DNA from: Candidatus Rokuibacteriota bacterium | Lineage (GTDB): Bacteria > Methylomirabilota > Methylomirabilia > Rokubacteriales > CSP1-6 | Direction: 5' to 3' | Length of the DNA: 64,000 nt | Assembly: GCA_003220685.1 (NCBI GenBank) | Contig: QHTE01000048.1 | Coordinates: 95,029 to 159,028 of the forward strand | Part shown: one piece after another, positions 44,868-54,618 of the stretch | Layout: each line of letters starts with the position of its first letter | Position numbering within the stretch: the stretch's first letter is position 1 | Notes under the pieces: model-generated | Database searches by the model: none | What the model saw: the letters and a program-made list of their open reading frames with translations, nothing else | What the model was told of the DNA's origin: nothing | Position numbers and translations under genes: made by a program

Positions 44868-46682
44868 GTGAAGCTACGCACGCACCTGATCTTGCTGATC
44901 CTGGCCACGGTCGTGCCCGCCGTTCTGTTCGCGGTCGGGCTGATCGTGTACCACACGCGCCTCGAGCGGTCGTCGCTCGAGCGCGGCATGCGCGACACCG
45001 CGCGCGCCCTGGCGCTGGCGCTCGACCGGGACATCAACGACATCAAGACGAGTGTCGAGACGGCGAGCGCGTCGCGATATCTCGATGGCCCCGTCGATCT
45101 CGCGCATTTCTACGAAGAGGCGGCCACGGTGTCGAAGGGCTTCGGGGGCTGGGCGGTCCTGTCCGATCCCTCGGGCCGGCAGGTCCTGAACACCAGCCGG
45201 CCACTGGGATCGGCACTGCCGATCCCCACGATGGCGGGCCTCGAGATGATGAGGAGCGTCGCCGACGGCCGAAAGACCGTCGTGTCCAACGTGCTGGTCG
45301 GCGCCGTCGGCCGCCAGCCGGCGGTGATCGTCTCGGCGCCGGTCATCCGTGGCGGTCAGGTCCGCTACGTCCTCGACTTCCCGTTCCCGCCGACCCAGTT
45401 CACCAAGCTGCTCCAGGAGGCGTCGCTGTCGCGGGGCTGGATCGCGCTGATCACCGATCGCGACGGCGGTGCGGTCGCGCGGGTTCCGGACCCCGCGAGC
45501 TTCGTGGGACGCAAGGAAAACCAGGCATGGACAGCGCAGACCACGAGCGCCGACGAGGGATTCATCAAGGGCGAGCTGATCAGGGGCCCGTCCGTGTACG
45601 CGGCCTACAGCCGCTCGAGGGAGACCGGGTGGGTCGTCGGGGTGGCCGCGCCCGTCAAGCTGATCGATGCGGGGATCCGACGGTCGATGCTCGCGTTGTC
45701 GAGCGGCGGGCTGCTCCTGCTCGCCATCGGGTGCGGTCTCGCGTATGTGCTCGGCAAGCGTATCGCGGCGCCGATCGTCGCGCTCGCCGACTCGCTGAAG
45801 GCCGAGCCCGAGGCACCGCTGCCGTCCGCGCAGTCGCGCGTGTCGGAGGTGGAGGATCTGCGCCGGGCGCTCGAGGACGCGCGGGCCGCGGCGCGCCAGG
45901 CCGAGCAGGCGCATGCCGCGCGGCGCGAGGCCGAGGCCGCCAACCGGGCGAAAGACGACTTCCTCGCCGTGCTGTCCCACGAGCTCCGCACCCCGCTGAA
46001 CGAGACGCTCGACTGGGTCCGGATGCTCCGGTCCGGCCGCCTGGAGGGCGGCGCCGCCGCGCACGCGCTGGAAGTGATCGAGCGCAACGTCACTCGGCAA
46101 AGCCGGCTGATCAGCGATCTGCTCGACGCCAGCCGAATCGTCTTCGGTCGTCTCGAGCTCAGCCAGCAGGCCGTGGACCTCCCGGCGCTCGTGGCGAGCG
46201 TGGTGGAGTCGTTCCGGCCGTCCGCGGAGATCAGAGGGATCAGCTTGAAGTCCGAGCTCGACCCCGCCACCGGCCCGGTGAACGGCGATCCCGATCGATT
46301 GCGTCAGGTGGTCGAGAACATCCTCGACAACGCGGTCAAGTTCACGCCGACGGATGGCGCCGTGACCGTAGAGCTCGCGCGCGACGTCGACGCGCGCCTC
46401 ACCGTGTGCGACACCGGACGTGGCATCGACGCCGAGCTCCTGCCGCACATCTTCGAGCGCCTCGAGCAGTCCGACGGCACGAGGACCCCCGGGCACGACG
46501 GGCTCTGCCTCGGGCTCGCGATCGTCCGACACCTCGTCGAGCTCCATGGCGGGCGGGTGAGCGCCGAAAGCAACGGCGTCGGGCAGGGGGCGACGTTCAC
46601 CGTCGTCTTGCCGATCGTCGCCGCGGCGGTGGAGGACGGCGAGCCTTTGGACGGTGAGCCTCCGGCCGGTGAGCGGGTGTGA
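44868..46682 (+). CDS. sensor histidine kinase (periplasmic Cache-like sensor, HisKA, HATPase_c); no adjacent response regulator
   Basis: 604 aa from GTG. Two TM segments flank a ~270-aa sensor. H-box 'FLAVLSHELRTPLN', N-box 'ILDNAVKFT', G-boxes 'DTGRGI' and 'GLCLGLAI'. Confidence 0.85.
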   Translation: MKLRTHLILLILATVVPAVLFAVGLIVYHTRLERSSLERGMRDTARALALALDRDINDIKTSVETASASRYLDGPVDLAHFYEEAATVSKGFGGWAVLSDPSGRQVLNTSRPLGSALPIPTMAGLEMMRSVADGRKTVVSNVLVGAVGRQPAVIVSAPVIRGGQVRYVLDFPFPPTQFTKLLQEASLSRGWIALITDRDGGAVARVPDPASFVGRKENQAWTAQTTSADEGFIKGELIRGPSVYAAYSRSRETGWVVGVAAPVKLIDAGIRRSMLALSSGGLLLLAIGCGLAYVLGKRIAAPIVALADSLKAEPEAPLPSAQSRVSEVEDLRRALEDARAAARQAEQAHAARREAEAANRAKDDFLAVLSHELRTPLNETLDWVRMLRSGRLEGGAAAHALEVIERNVTRQSRLISDLLDASRIVFGRLELSQQAVDLPALVASVVESFRPSAEIRGISLKSELDPATGPVNGDPDRLRQVVENILDNAVKFTPTDGAVTVELARDVDARLTVCDTGRGIDAELLPHIFERLEQSDGTRTPGHDGLCLGLAIVRHLVELHGGRVSAESNGVGQGATFTVVLPIVAAAVEDGEPLDGEPPAGERV

Positions 46683-46744
46683 CCTTCACGGCAGCCCGGC
46701 GCCGGCGGTAGACTTCTGGCGCTGAGCAAACAGGAGGCCCGACG

Positions 46745-47308
46745 ATGAACGCGACCCCGACGTTCGGACGCTACGCCGAGATTCCCGTCGACCAGATGAC
46801 CGCCGAGCAGAAGGACGGCTACCGCTTCCTGGTCGACGGCCCGCGCGGCCGCCTGCCGGGCCCGTACAAGGTGTGGGTCCACAACCCGAAGCTGCTTCGC
46901 GCCGCCGCCCCGCTCGGCGAGCATTTCACGCCCGGCAAGTCGACGTTGACCGAGCGCGAGCGGGAGATCGCGGTGATCGTGATCACCAGCAAGTGGAATT
47001 CGGCCTATCCCGCCGCCGCCCACGAGAAGCGCGGCAAGGAGGTCGGCCTGCCCGCGCCGGCGGTGGAGGCGATGATGGCGGGCCTTCCAGCGTCGTTCGC
47101 GGATCTGCGCGAGCAGGTCGTCTACGAGCTGGCGACGACGCTCGCCAACGGGCGGTTGCTCTCTCAGGGGCTCTACGACCGCGCGGTCAAGGCGCTCGGC
47201 CACGAGAGCATCACCGACGTGGTCGTGCTGATGGGCTACTACACGGCCGTCTCGCTGACGATGAACGTCTACGCCGTACCGGCTGGAGCTCCCGGCCTGG
47301 CCCGCTGA
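46745..47308 (+). CDS. carboxymuconolactone decarboxylase (CMD/AhpD-like) family protein
   Basis: 187 aa. 'LTEREREIAVIVITSKWNSAYPAAAHE' is typical of the CMD family. Confidence 0.8.
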   Translation: MNATPTFGRYAEIPVDQMTAEQKDGYRFLVDGPRGRLPGPYKVWVHNPKLLRAAAPLGEHFTPGKSTLTEREREIAVIVITSKWNSAYPAAAHEKRGKEVGLPAPAVEAMMAGLPASFADLREQVVYELATTLANGRLLSQGLYDRAVKALGHESITDVVVLMGYYTAVSLTMNVYAVPAGAPGLAR

Positions 47309-47326
47309 GGAGCGCGGAGCGAATCC

Positions 47327-47701
47327 ATGATCGAATACCGGCTCGACGCCGCGCGCTCGATCGTGTACGTGAGGCCCAAGTCAGCGCTCGAGCGCGACGA
47401 CTTCGTGAAGCTGGCGCGAGCAGTCGATCCGCACATCGAAGCGACGGGCGGGCTCGCCGGGCTCATCATCGAGATCTCCGCGTTTCCCGGCTGGGACAGC
47501 CTCGGCGCGATGGCGGCCCACTTCCGCTTCGTACGAGACCATCACGAGCGCATCCGCAAGGTCGCCGTCGTGACCGACTCCCCGCTGGGTGCCGTCGCGG
47601 AACGTCTGGCATCCCACTTCGTGTCGGCGGAGATCAGGCATTTTTCGGCTGGACAGGTCGAGGCCGCCAAGCAGTGGATCCTGGCTTCAGCGCGACCCTA
47701 G
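47327..47701 (+). CDS. STAS/SpoIIAA-like (DUF3478-type) protein
   Basis: 124 aa. 'LIIEISAFPGWDSLGAMAAHFRFVRDHHERIRKVAVVTDS' matches the SpoIIAA-like family as I remember it. Confidence 0.7.
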   Translation: MIEYRLDAARSIVYVRPKSALERDDFVKLARAVDPHIEATGGLAGLIIEISAFPGWDSLGAMAAHFRFVRDHHERIRKVAVVTDSPLGAVAERLASHFVSAEIRHFSAGQVEAAKQWILASARP

Positions 47702-49399
47702 GTCTCGCTCGGCGTCCATCAGAAGGTCGTCGAACGACGACGGCACCTCGACAGTGCGCCCGACGACGCCGGGGCTGTAGCCCTGGAGCCAGTAGCTGTT
47801 GGTCGGGTGCCCGCCGCCCGCGACGACGACGATGAAGTTGTCGGGGCTGGCGGTGATCGGCCAGGGATCGAGCGCGATGCTTTCACGCACGACCTTGCTC
47901 GCGTCGATCTCGAGCCACGCCGGGCAGCCGGCGCGGCGTAGCTGCTCGGTCGGGATGCGCGAGTGCTCCCACAGGAACTCGCGGATCGCCGCCTTCGTCC
48001 AGCCGAGGCCGGCCATCGTGTTCGCCACGACGCCGGGGAGCATCAGGATGCCCGGCGTGCCGTGCTCGTAGCCCGCGAGGCCGGGCATGTTGGGCACGCG
48101 CATGAAGTCGGCCATGCGGTACATGCCCTGCAGCGCGTCTTCTTCCGGGGTTTCCTTCTTCGCGCCGCGCCGGCGGATGTTCGTGGCGCCGTTGGCGAAC
48201 GCGAGCGAGATCGAATGCTGACTCCGCGCGAAGGCGTGGCGCTCGGTCCCGTGCGGCGCCCAGCCCGGCGGAAGATTCGCTTCGTCTTCCGCGAAGACGA
48301 CGTTCGTGTACCGCACGCCGCCGTAGTTGGCCATGGTGCCGATGCCGGGCAGGGCGCCGCCGACGTTCTGCTGCAGGAGCCGCAGCGCGCGGCCGATGCT
48401 GGCGCCCGCGGGCCGCTGCGGGTCCGGGCCGAGGCAGCCGAAGCCGGCGTTCAGCCGGATCTGGGCGCCGATGGGGCCGTTGACGATCACCACCGGGAAG
48501 GCGCTGCCCGACGCGGCCTGCAGCTGCGCGCTCCCTGACGCCGGATCGAGGAACGCGTCGACCGCGGCCACGAGCACCGGCAGATACTCGGGCCGCCCGC
48601 CCGACATCGCCAACGCGATCGCGCAGGTCTCGATCGTGGTCACGCCGCCGCGGGGCGGGAAGATGCCGATCCGTCGTGAGCGCGGCTGCGTCGCGCCGCG
48701 AAGGATCCAGTCCACTCGCTCGCGCGTCGGGGGCCAGAGCGGAAGCCCGTCGCCCCAGCGATTCGCGAGCATCAGGTTGTTCGCTCGCGCGAAGGCCTCG
48801 TCCATGCTCGCGCCCCGAACCTTGATCGGCGGCGCCTCGGCCGCGCCGGCGCCGCCGAGGGTCGAGCGCCAGCGCGTGAGCCCGTCGTAGAACTCGCGCT
48901 TGCGCGCCTCGACCGGGGAGATATCGCTCCCGGGCAGGAACATCTCGATGGGGAAGGTGACCATCGCCGCGTCGGGCGCCAGGCCGAGCCCGGCCACCGC
49001 GTTCGTCATGACCCCGACGAAATCCGCGCGGGTCAGGGTGACGGTTGGAATTCCCAGCGCTTCGAGCCTAGCGGCCGCCCGGCCGCATGCAGTGGCGCAG
49101 GACCCTCAGGCCGCGTTGCCGATGATGACGGCGTCGACCCCACTCTGCTTGACCTGCGCGGCCGTCTCCTCCGAGCCGATCACCGCGTTGCCCTGCGGGA
49201 AGGCGTCGAGCGGCAGCACCTCGATGCCCGCGAAGTCGGCCTCGAGCAGCTGTTTCAGGAGCGGCAGCATGCGGTACGCCTGCCACTGATCGTTGCTGAC
49301 GAAGCCGATGCGCTTGCCCTCGAGGGCGGCGACGCGCGGGGCAAATGGCTGCTTCACCTCGATCGCGCCTGACGGATCGTGGAACTCGAGCGTGACCAT
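47687..49399 (-). CDS. selenoprotein: GrdB C-terminal-like 'UGSC' Sec domain (UGA-Sec at 49106-49108) fused to a ~380-aa domain of unknown function
   Basis: ORFs 49106..49399 and 47687..49009 are in one frame with no stop in the 96 nt between them. Read-through gives 'GVDAVIIGNAA-U-GSCATACGRAAARLEALGIPTV', parallel to this window's GrdB 'GVDAVILTST-U-GTSTRCGAAITRELERAGLPTV'. GGGGGA RBS precedes ATG 49399. Confidence 0.65.
49071..49086 (-). promoter_or_regulatory. candidate SECIS-like stem-loop downstream of the UGSC UGA
   Basis: Sense strand GCGGCC-GGGC-GGCCGC begins 20 nt 3' of the UGA at 49106-49108. Its position fits a bacterial SECIS, but the structure was not modelled. Confidence 0.3.
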
Positions 49400-49417
49400 G
49401 CGCTTGTCCCCCTTGGG

Positions 49418-50566
49418 CTACCGCTTGATCTTCAGGAGCTTCGCCGCCGTCTCCCCCAGCATCGCCCGCCGATCGGCATCGCTGAAGCCCGGCGCTTTCA
49501 GGATGTGGTCGATCGACTTGTCCTGCCACGGGATCGGATGGTCGGTGCCGACGACGAGCTGGCTCACGCCGACTTCGGCGGCCAGATGACGCAGCGCCTC
49601 GGAGGTGAAAACCAGGGTGTCGTAGTACATCGTCTTCAGATACTCGGTCGGCTTCTTCTTCAGCTTGATGCCCGTGTCCATGTCGGGCGCGACGCGCAGG
49701 CTGTTGTCCGAGCGCGCGGCGTACGACGGCAGGTAGCCGCCGCCGTGGGCCGAGCAGATCTTGAGGCCGGGGAACCGATCGAGCGTGCCCTCGAAGATCA
49801 GGTGCGAGAGCGCGATCGTGGTGTCCAGCGGGTTGCCGATCGTGTTCGCCAGCCAGCCGTTGCCCTTGAGCCGCGTGGCCAGGTCCGGCGTGCTCTGCGG
49901 ATGGATGAAGATCAGGACGCCGAGCTGCTCGGCCTTGGCCCAGAACGGATGGAACTTCGGGTCGGAGAACTCATCGCCGGCGACGCTCGCGCCGACGGCG
50001 GCGCCGCGCAGGCCGAGCTTCTTCACGCCCTCCTCGAGCTGCTGCACCGCGAGGTCCGGGAACTGCAGGGCGACGGAGGCGAACGCGACGAAGCGATCCG
50101 GATACTTTCCGCAGAACTCGGCGAGCCGCTCGTTCTGGATCTTGACCACCTGGGTCGCGAGGTCGCGCTCGGCCCGATACCACGCCGGGTTGATGCTGAG
50201 CGCTTCCATGTCGATGCCCTGGGCGTCCATCTCGCGGATGCGCCGGGGGCCGACCTCGTTGATCCCGGGCCCACGGTGGTCTTGCACCTTCAGCCCCAGC
50301 AGCGCGTACGCCTCGGGGATCACGCAATGGGCGTGCACGTCGATCGTCTTCACGCGGCGTCCGCCGACCACGACTTCGCGGCGCCGACCGGTCATCGCCG
50401 TCGCCGGGCTCGACTGGCCCGATTTCGGGCGCGCTTTGCCCCGCGTGGCGGCGGGCGCCTTGGCCCGAGCTCGGGCGCGCGCCGCACCGAGCAGCTCGCA
50501 CTCGATGAAGGCGATGTCAGCCATGACGCCGGCGGTACTGCTGTCGAACGCTGTCCGCGTGCTCAT
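49418..50566 (-). CDS. amidohydrolase-2 family protein (ACMSD-like metal-dependent hydrolase/decarboxylase)
   Basis: 'KTIDVHAHCV', 'FIHP', 'ICSAHGGG' and 'LVVGTDHP' match the PF04909-type barrel. The N-terminal ~55 aa are low-complexity, so the true start may be the internal ATG near 50395. Confidence 0.8.
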   Translation of the reverse strand: MSTRTAFDSSTAGVMADIAFIECELLGAARARARAKAPAATRGKARPKSGQSSPATAMTGRRREVVVGGRRVKTIDVHAHCVIPEAYALLGLKVQDHRGPGINEVGPRRIREMDAQGIDMEALSINPAWYRAERDLATQVVKIQNERLAEFCGKYPDRFVAFASVALQFPDLAVQQLEEGVKKLGLRGAAVGASVAGDEFSDPKFHPFWAKAEQLGVLIFIHPQSTPDLATRLKGNGWLANTIGNPLDTTIALSHLIFEGTLDRFPGLKICSAHGGGYLPSYAARSDNSLRVAPDMDTGIKLKKKPTEYLKTMYYDTLVFTSEALRHLAAEVGVSQLVVGTDHPIPWQDKSIDHILKAPGFSDADRRAMLGETAAKLLKIKR

Positions 50567-50622
50567 CGCTATCCCCCCAGGAGCAGTTTCGGCTGCAAGC
50601 GCGGCCTATCATAGTGCATCGC

Positions 50623-51921
50623 TCAGCCCTCGCGTCGTCCCGAGTGCGGCGGCATGGCGAGCTCCGCCGGCTTGCGCCGGCAGACGTCGACGGCGGTCAC
50701 CGCCAGCACGCGCGTGACCCTTTCCATCTCGCTCACGAGCACGCACGCGTCGTCCTCGTCGGCGTTGCCGCGAATCGTCGCGGGGCCGTAGAGCAGACAC
50801 GGGATGCCGGCCTTCCAGAGGTGGCACGTGTCGTCGGCGCTGTACGAATGCGGCAGCACGGCGCCGATGGCCTTCGGCTCCTGGCCCGTCACGGCGCGAT
50901 AGCTCCGCGCCACCGCCTGCACGATTGGCGCGTCGGTCGGCATGTCGAACGGATCCATGACGAGGCGCCGGCGCCCCTTGAAGCTGGCCGGCGGCGGAAT
51001 CTCGATCTCGTAGCGGAGATCGGGATCGAGCGCCGCGACCGGATCGAGCGCGCGGCGGATGTCGGCGACGATGCCGTCGACGGTTTGCCCCGGCACGAAG
51101 TGAACGTCGACCAGGATCGTGCACAGATCGGGCACGTACGGCGGCTCGACGAGCACGTAGTCCCGGCCGCGTCCGCCGAGGACGCTGCCGACGTTGAGCC
51201 GCGGGAACGCGGGGAGGTCGGGCCGCGGCGTGTGGCGAAACTCGACGTGCTCGAGCGCGCGGACGATGGCCGTCATCTTCTGCACCGCGTTCACCGTGCC
51301 CTCGAGGCGTCCGATGTGTCCGGTTACTCCGTAGGCATGGATCGCCATGTGCGCGATGCCCGAGTGCACCGTGACGAGGTTGTCGGCGCCGAACGGCTCG
51401 GCGACCACCGCGGCGTCGGTGCGCAGGCCGCTCTGCATCAGGTAGTGCGTGCCCTCGCCGCCTTGCGTCTCGCCCGCGACGCACGCGACGACGAGATCGC
51501 CGGCGCGCCGGACGCCGGAGCGCCGAACGGCCTCGGCGGCCATGATGATGCTGGCCAGGCCGCCCTTCATGTTCTGCACGCCGTGGCCGTACAGGCGGTC
51601 GCCCTCGAGGCTCGGCGTCCACGGGTCTCGCCTCCACCGGCGGGTGAGGGCGTTGATATCCGTGTGGCCGTTGAGCATGAGGCTCGCCCCGCCGCCGGTA
51701 CCCCGCAAGGTGGCGATCGTCTGCAAGCGCCCGGGCTCGATCTCTTGCAGGTCGACGTCGTAGCCGCGGCGGCGGAAGAAATCCTCCAGGAACCGGGCAA
51801 CGGGCGTCTCTTCGGTCTTGAAGCTCGGGATGCGAATGAGATCGCTGGCGAGATCGATCAGCTCGCGCCGACCGACGCGCGCCAGCACGGCGTGCATCGG
51901 CGCATCCATCGCCTGACTCAC
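50623..51921 (-). CDS. M20 family metallopeptidase/deacylase (ArgE/DapE-like)
   Basis: 432 aa. 'LMLNGHTDI', 'GHGVQNMKGG' and 'VAGETQGGEG' are M20 motifs. Confidence 0.85.
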   Translation of the reverse strand: MSQAMDAPMHAVLARVGRRELIDLASDLIRIPSFKTEETPVARFLEDFFRRRGYDVDLQEIEPGRLQTIATLRGTGGGASLMLNGHTDINALTRRWRRDPWTPSLEGDRLYGHGVQNMKGGLASIIMAAEAVRRSGVRRAGDLVVACVAGETQGGEGTHYLMQSGLRTDAAVVAEPFGADNLVTVHSGIAHMAIHAYGVTGHIGRLEGTVNAVQKMTAIVRALEHVEFRHTPRPDLPAFPRLNVGSVLGGRGRDYVLVEPPYVPDLCTILVDVHFVPGQTVDGIVADIRRALDPVAALDPDLRYEIEIPPPASFKGRRRLVMDPFDMPTDAPIVQAVARSYRAVTGQEPKAIGAVLPHSYSADDTCHLWKAGIPCLLYGPATIRGNADEDDACVLVSEMERVTRVLAVTAVDVCRRKPAELAMPPHSGRREG

Positions 51922-51934
51922 CGGCCAGCGCCGA

Positions 51935-53185
51935 TCAAACGAAGGTGAGCGGCTCGACGTGGGCTTCGCCGCGCGCGAAGCGGCCGATGTCGAGCGGGCC
52001 GGCGTCCATCGTCACGGCGTGGCCGTGGGCGAGCATCTCGGCCATCAGCTGCCCCGCAATCGGGCCGTGCATGAAGCCGTGGCCGCTGAAGCCCGCGATG
52101 ACGTGCAGGCCCGTGACGCCGGGCACGGCGCTGACGATGCCGGTCTGGTCCGGCGTCATCTCGTAGAGGCCGGCCCACGCGCGCATCAGCTCGGCGTCGG
52201 CGAGGGCCGGCGCGCGGTGAATCGCGCGCTCGATCAGCGCGGGCTCGAGGCTCCGGTCGATCTCGGTGCTGAAGCCGTCGGGCTCGTCGCGCCGTCCGTG
52301 GCCGAGCAGGAGCCCGGGCCCCTCGCGGCGCAACGAGAAGTTCGTGTGCGGGTCGATGATGAACGGCGTGGCGGCCGGGATGCGTGAGGCCGGGAACGGT
52401 GCGGTCATGAACTTGTGGCGCCGGTGGGGGCTCACGGGAATGTCGACGCCGGCGAGCCGGCCGACCACGCCCGACCAGGCGCCGGTCGCGATGACGGTGG
52501 CGCGCGCCTCGAAGGTCCCGGCCGCGGTGGTCACGCCGCGCACGCTGTCGCCGTCCCGCAAGAAGCCGTGCACCTCGTGCTGCTGCTTGATCGTCACGCC
52601 GAGATCCCGCGCGCGCGCCGCGATCGCGGTCGCGCAGAGATACGGGTCGGCGTAGCCGTCGCGCGGCGTATAGGTGGCCCCGAGCAGATCGTCGGTGTTG
52701 AGATAGGGGCAAAGCGCGCGCGTCGCCCCGGCATCGAGCAGCTCGACGCGCACGCCGAGGCTCCGCTGGAGCCCGACGCTGCGTCGCGCGACCGCCAGCT
52801 CCGGCTCGCTCCCGATCAGGATCAGGTAGCCGTGCTGACGGAAGTTGGGATCGACGCCGAACTCGTCCTTGAAGCGCTCGTAGGTGACGATGCTGTGCGT
52901 CGTCAGCTCGATGCCCAGCCGGTTCGCGTACTGGTGGCGGATGCCGCCGCTCGCGAGCGCCGTCGAGCCGGAGCAGACGGTGTCGCGCTCGAGCACGGTC
53001 ACCGGGCCCACGCCCAGGCGGGCCAGATGGTACGCGGTGCTCACGCCCATGATGCCGGCGCCGACGATCACGACTTCCGCGGTGTGCGCCACGCCGCCAC
53101 CATACGGCAAGCGCGAGCCGGGCTCAACCCGATCGGCTTGAACCGGCGCGGCAAGACGGCGATCATGGCCCGGCGAGGAGGGCAC
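51935..53185 (-). CDS. FAD-dependent oxidoreductase (DAO family; sarcosine oxidase beta / D-amino-acid dehydrogenase-like)
   Basis: Rossmann motif 'VVIVGAGIMGVSTAYHLA' and C-terminal 'GFSGHGFMHGP'. The start is uncertain: ATG 53185 lies 5 nt from the divergent amidase, and GTG 53092 is the alternative. Confidence 0.8.
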   Translation of the reverse strand: MPSSPGHDRRLAAPVQADRVEPGSRLPYGGGVAHTAEVVIVGAGIMGVSTAYHLARLGVGPVTVLERDTVCSGSTALASGGIRHQYANRLGIELTTHSIVTYERFKDEFGVDPNFRQHGYLILIGSEPELAVARRSVGLQRSLGVRVELLDAGATRALCPYLNTDDLLGATYTPRDGYADPYLCATAIAARARDLGVTIKQQHEVHGFLRDGDSVRGVTTAAGTFEARATVIATGAWSGVVGRLAGVDIPVSPHRRHKFMTAPFPASRIPAATPFIIDPHTNFSLRREGPGLLLGHGRRDEPDGFSTEIDRSLEPALIERAIHRAPALADAELMRAWAGLYEMTPDQTGIVSAVPGVTGLHVIAGFSGHGFMHGPIAGQLMAEMLAHGHAVTMDAGPLDIGRFARGEAHVEPLTFV

Positions 53186-53190
53186 CCGAG

Positions 53191-54588
53191 ATGGCGACGA
53201 TCGATCCTGTCTGGGCCACGGTATCGGAGCTGTCCCGCGCGTTCGAGGCGCGTACGCTTTCCCCGGTCGATGCCGTCGGGGCGCTGCTCGAGCGGATCCG
53301 CCGGCGCGATCCGGCGCTGCACGCGTTCATCGCAGTCTACGACGCCGACGCGCGGCTCGCGGCCGAGGCCGCCGACAAGGCCATTCGATCGGGGCATCGC
53401 ATCGGACCGCTTCACGGCGTCCCGATCGCGCTGAAGGACCTCGTCGACCTCGAGGGTCGCGTCACCACCGGCGGGTCGAAGGTGTGGGCCGAGCGCGTGT
53501 CGCCGACGACCGCCACGTTGGCGCAGCGGCTCATGGCCGCCGGGATGATCGTGCTCGGCAAGACGCACACGGTCGAGTTCGCCATGGGGAGCTGGGGGAC
53601 CAACACGCACATGGGCACACCGCGCAACCCGTGGGACCTCGCGGTGCATCGCACGCCGGGCGGCTCGTCCAGCGGCTCGGGGGTCGCGGTCTCCGCCGGT
53701 CTGGCGCCCGTCGCGATCGGCACCGATACGGGCGGCTCCGTCAGGATTCCCGCGGCGTGGTGCGGCATCGTCGGCCTGAAGGTGACGGCCGGCCGGATCA
53801 GCACGTACGGCGTCCTGCCGCTCAGCTCGACGCTCGATACGCCCGGCCCGCTGGCGCGCTCGGTCGAGGACGCGGCGCTGATCTACCGGGCGCTCAGCGG
53901 GCCCGACCCGCGAGATCCGCAGACGCTCGCGTGGACTCCGGTCGATCCGCTACCCGCGTTGCGCCGCGGCGCCGCGGGATTGCGTCTCGCCGTCTTGCCC
54001 GACGCCGAGCGCACGGGTGTCGAGAAGGAAGTGCTGGCCGCGTACGAGGCCGCGGTCGGCGCGCTCGCCGGGCTCGGAGCCCAGATCGTCCGCGTCGAGT
54101 TTCCCCGCCGCCTGAGCGACTACGCCAAGGCGACGGGCACGATCATCGGTGCCGAGGGCTATCGCTTCGTCGGTCACCTGGTCGACGACCCGGCGCTGCC
54201 GACGGACCCGCACGTGCGACCGCGCATCCAGCTCGGTAAAGCCATCTCGGCGCGCGACTACTTGCTGGCGCTGGCGCAGCGCGAAGAGGACAGGCGCGAG
54301 TTCGCCGCGGCGCTCGGCGGCGTCGACGCGATCCTGACGCCGACCGCGCAGACCGCGGCGATTCCCATCGATCGCGCCGACCAGTCGGGCACGGCAGCCC
54401 ACTTCACGCGGCCGGGCAACTATCTCGGCCTCTGCGGTCTGGCGATCCCCAGCGGCTTTTCGACGGACGGCCTGCCGCTCTCGCTCCAGATTCTCTGCCA
54501 CGCCGGAGAGGAAGCGACGGCGCTGCGCATCGGCTGGGCCTACGAGCAGGCCACGAGCTGGAAGGCGCGCCGGCCGCCGGAGCCGTGA
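53191..54588 (+). CDS. amidase (amidase-signature family, GatA-like)
   Basis: 465 aa. 'GVPIALKD' and 'GGSSSGSGVAVSAGLAPVAIGTDTGGSVRIPA' give the Ser-cisSer-Lys signature. Confidence 0.9.
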   Translation: MATIDPVWATVSELSRAFEARTLSPVDAVGALLERIRRRDPALHAFIAVYDADARLAAEAADKAIRSGHRIGPLHGVPIALKDLVDLEGRVTTGGSKVWAERVSPTTATLAQRLMAAGMIVLGKTHTVEFAMGSWGTNTHMGTPRNPWDLAVHRTPGGSSSGSGVAVSAGLAPVAIGTDTGGSVRIPAAWCGIVGLKVTAGRISTYGVLPLSSTLDTPGPLARSVEDAALIYRALSGPDPRDPQTLAWTPVDPLPALRRGAAGLRLAVLPDAERTGVEKEVLAAYEAAVGALAGLGAQIVRVEFPRRLSDYAKATGTIIGAEGYRFVGHLVDDPALPTDPHVRPRIQLGKAISARDYLLALAQREEDRREFAAALGGVDAILTPTAQTAAIPIDRADQSGTAAHFTRPGNYLGLCGLAIPSGFSTDGLPLSLQILCHAGEEATALRIGWAYEQATSWKARRPPEP

Positions 54589-54618
54589 GCCAGGCGGCTG
54601 AGAAAGGTCCAGCTTCCT

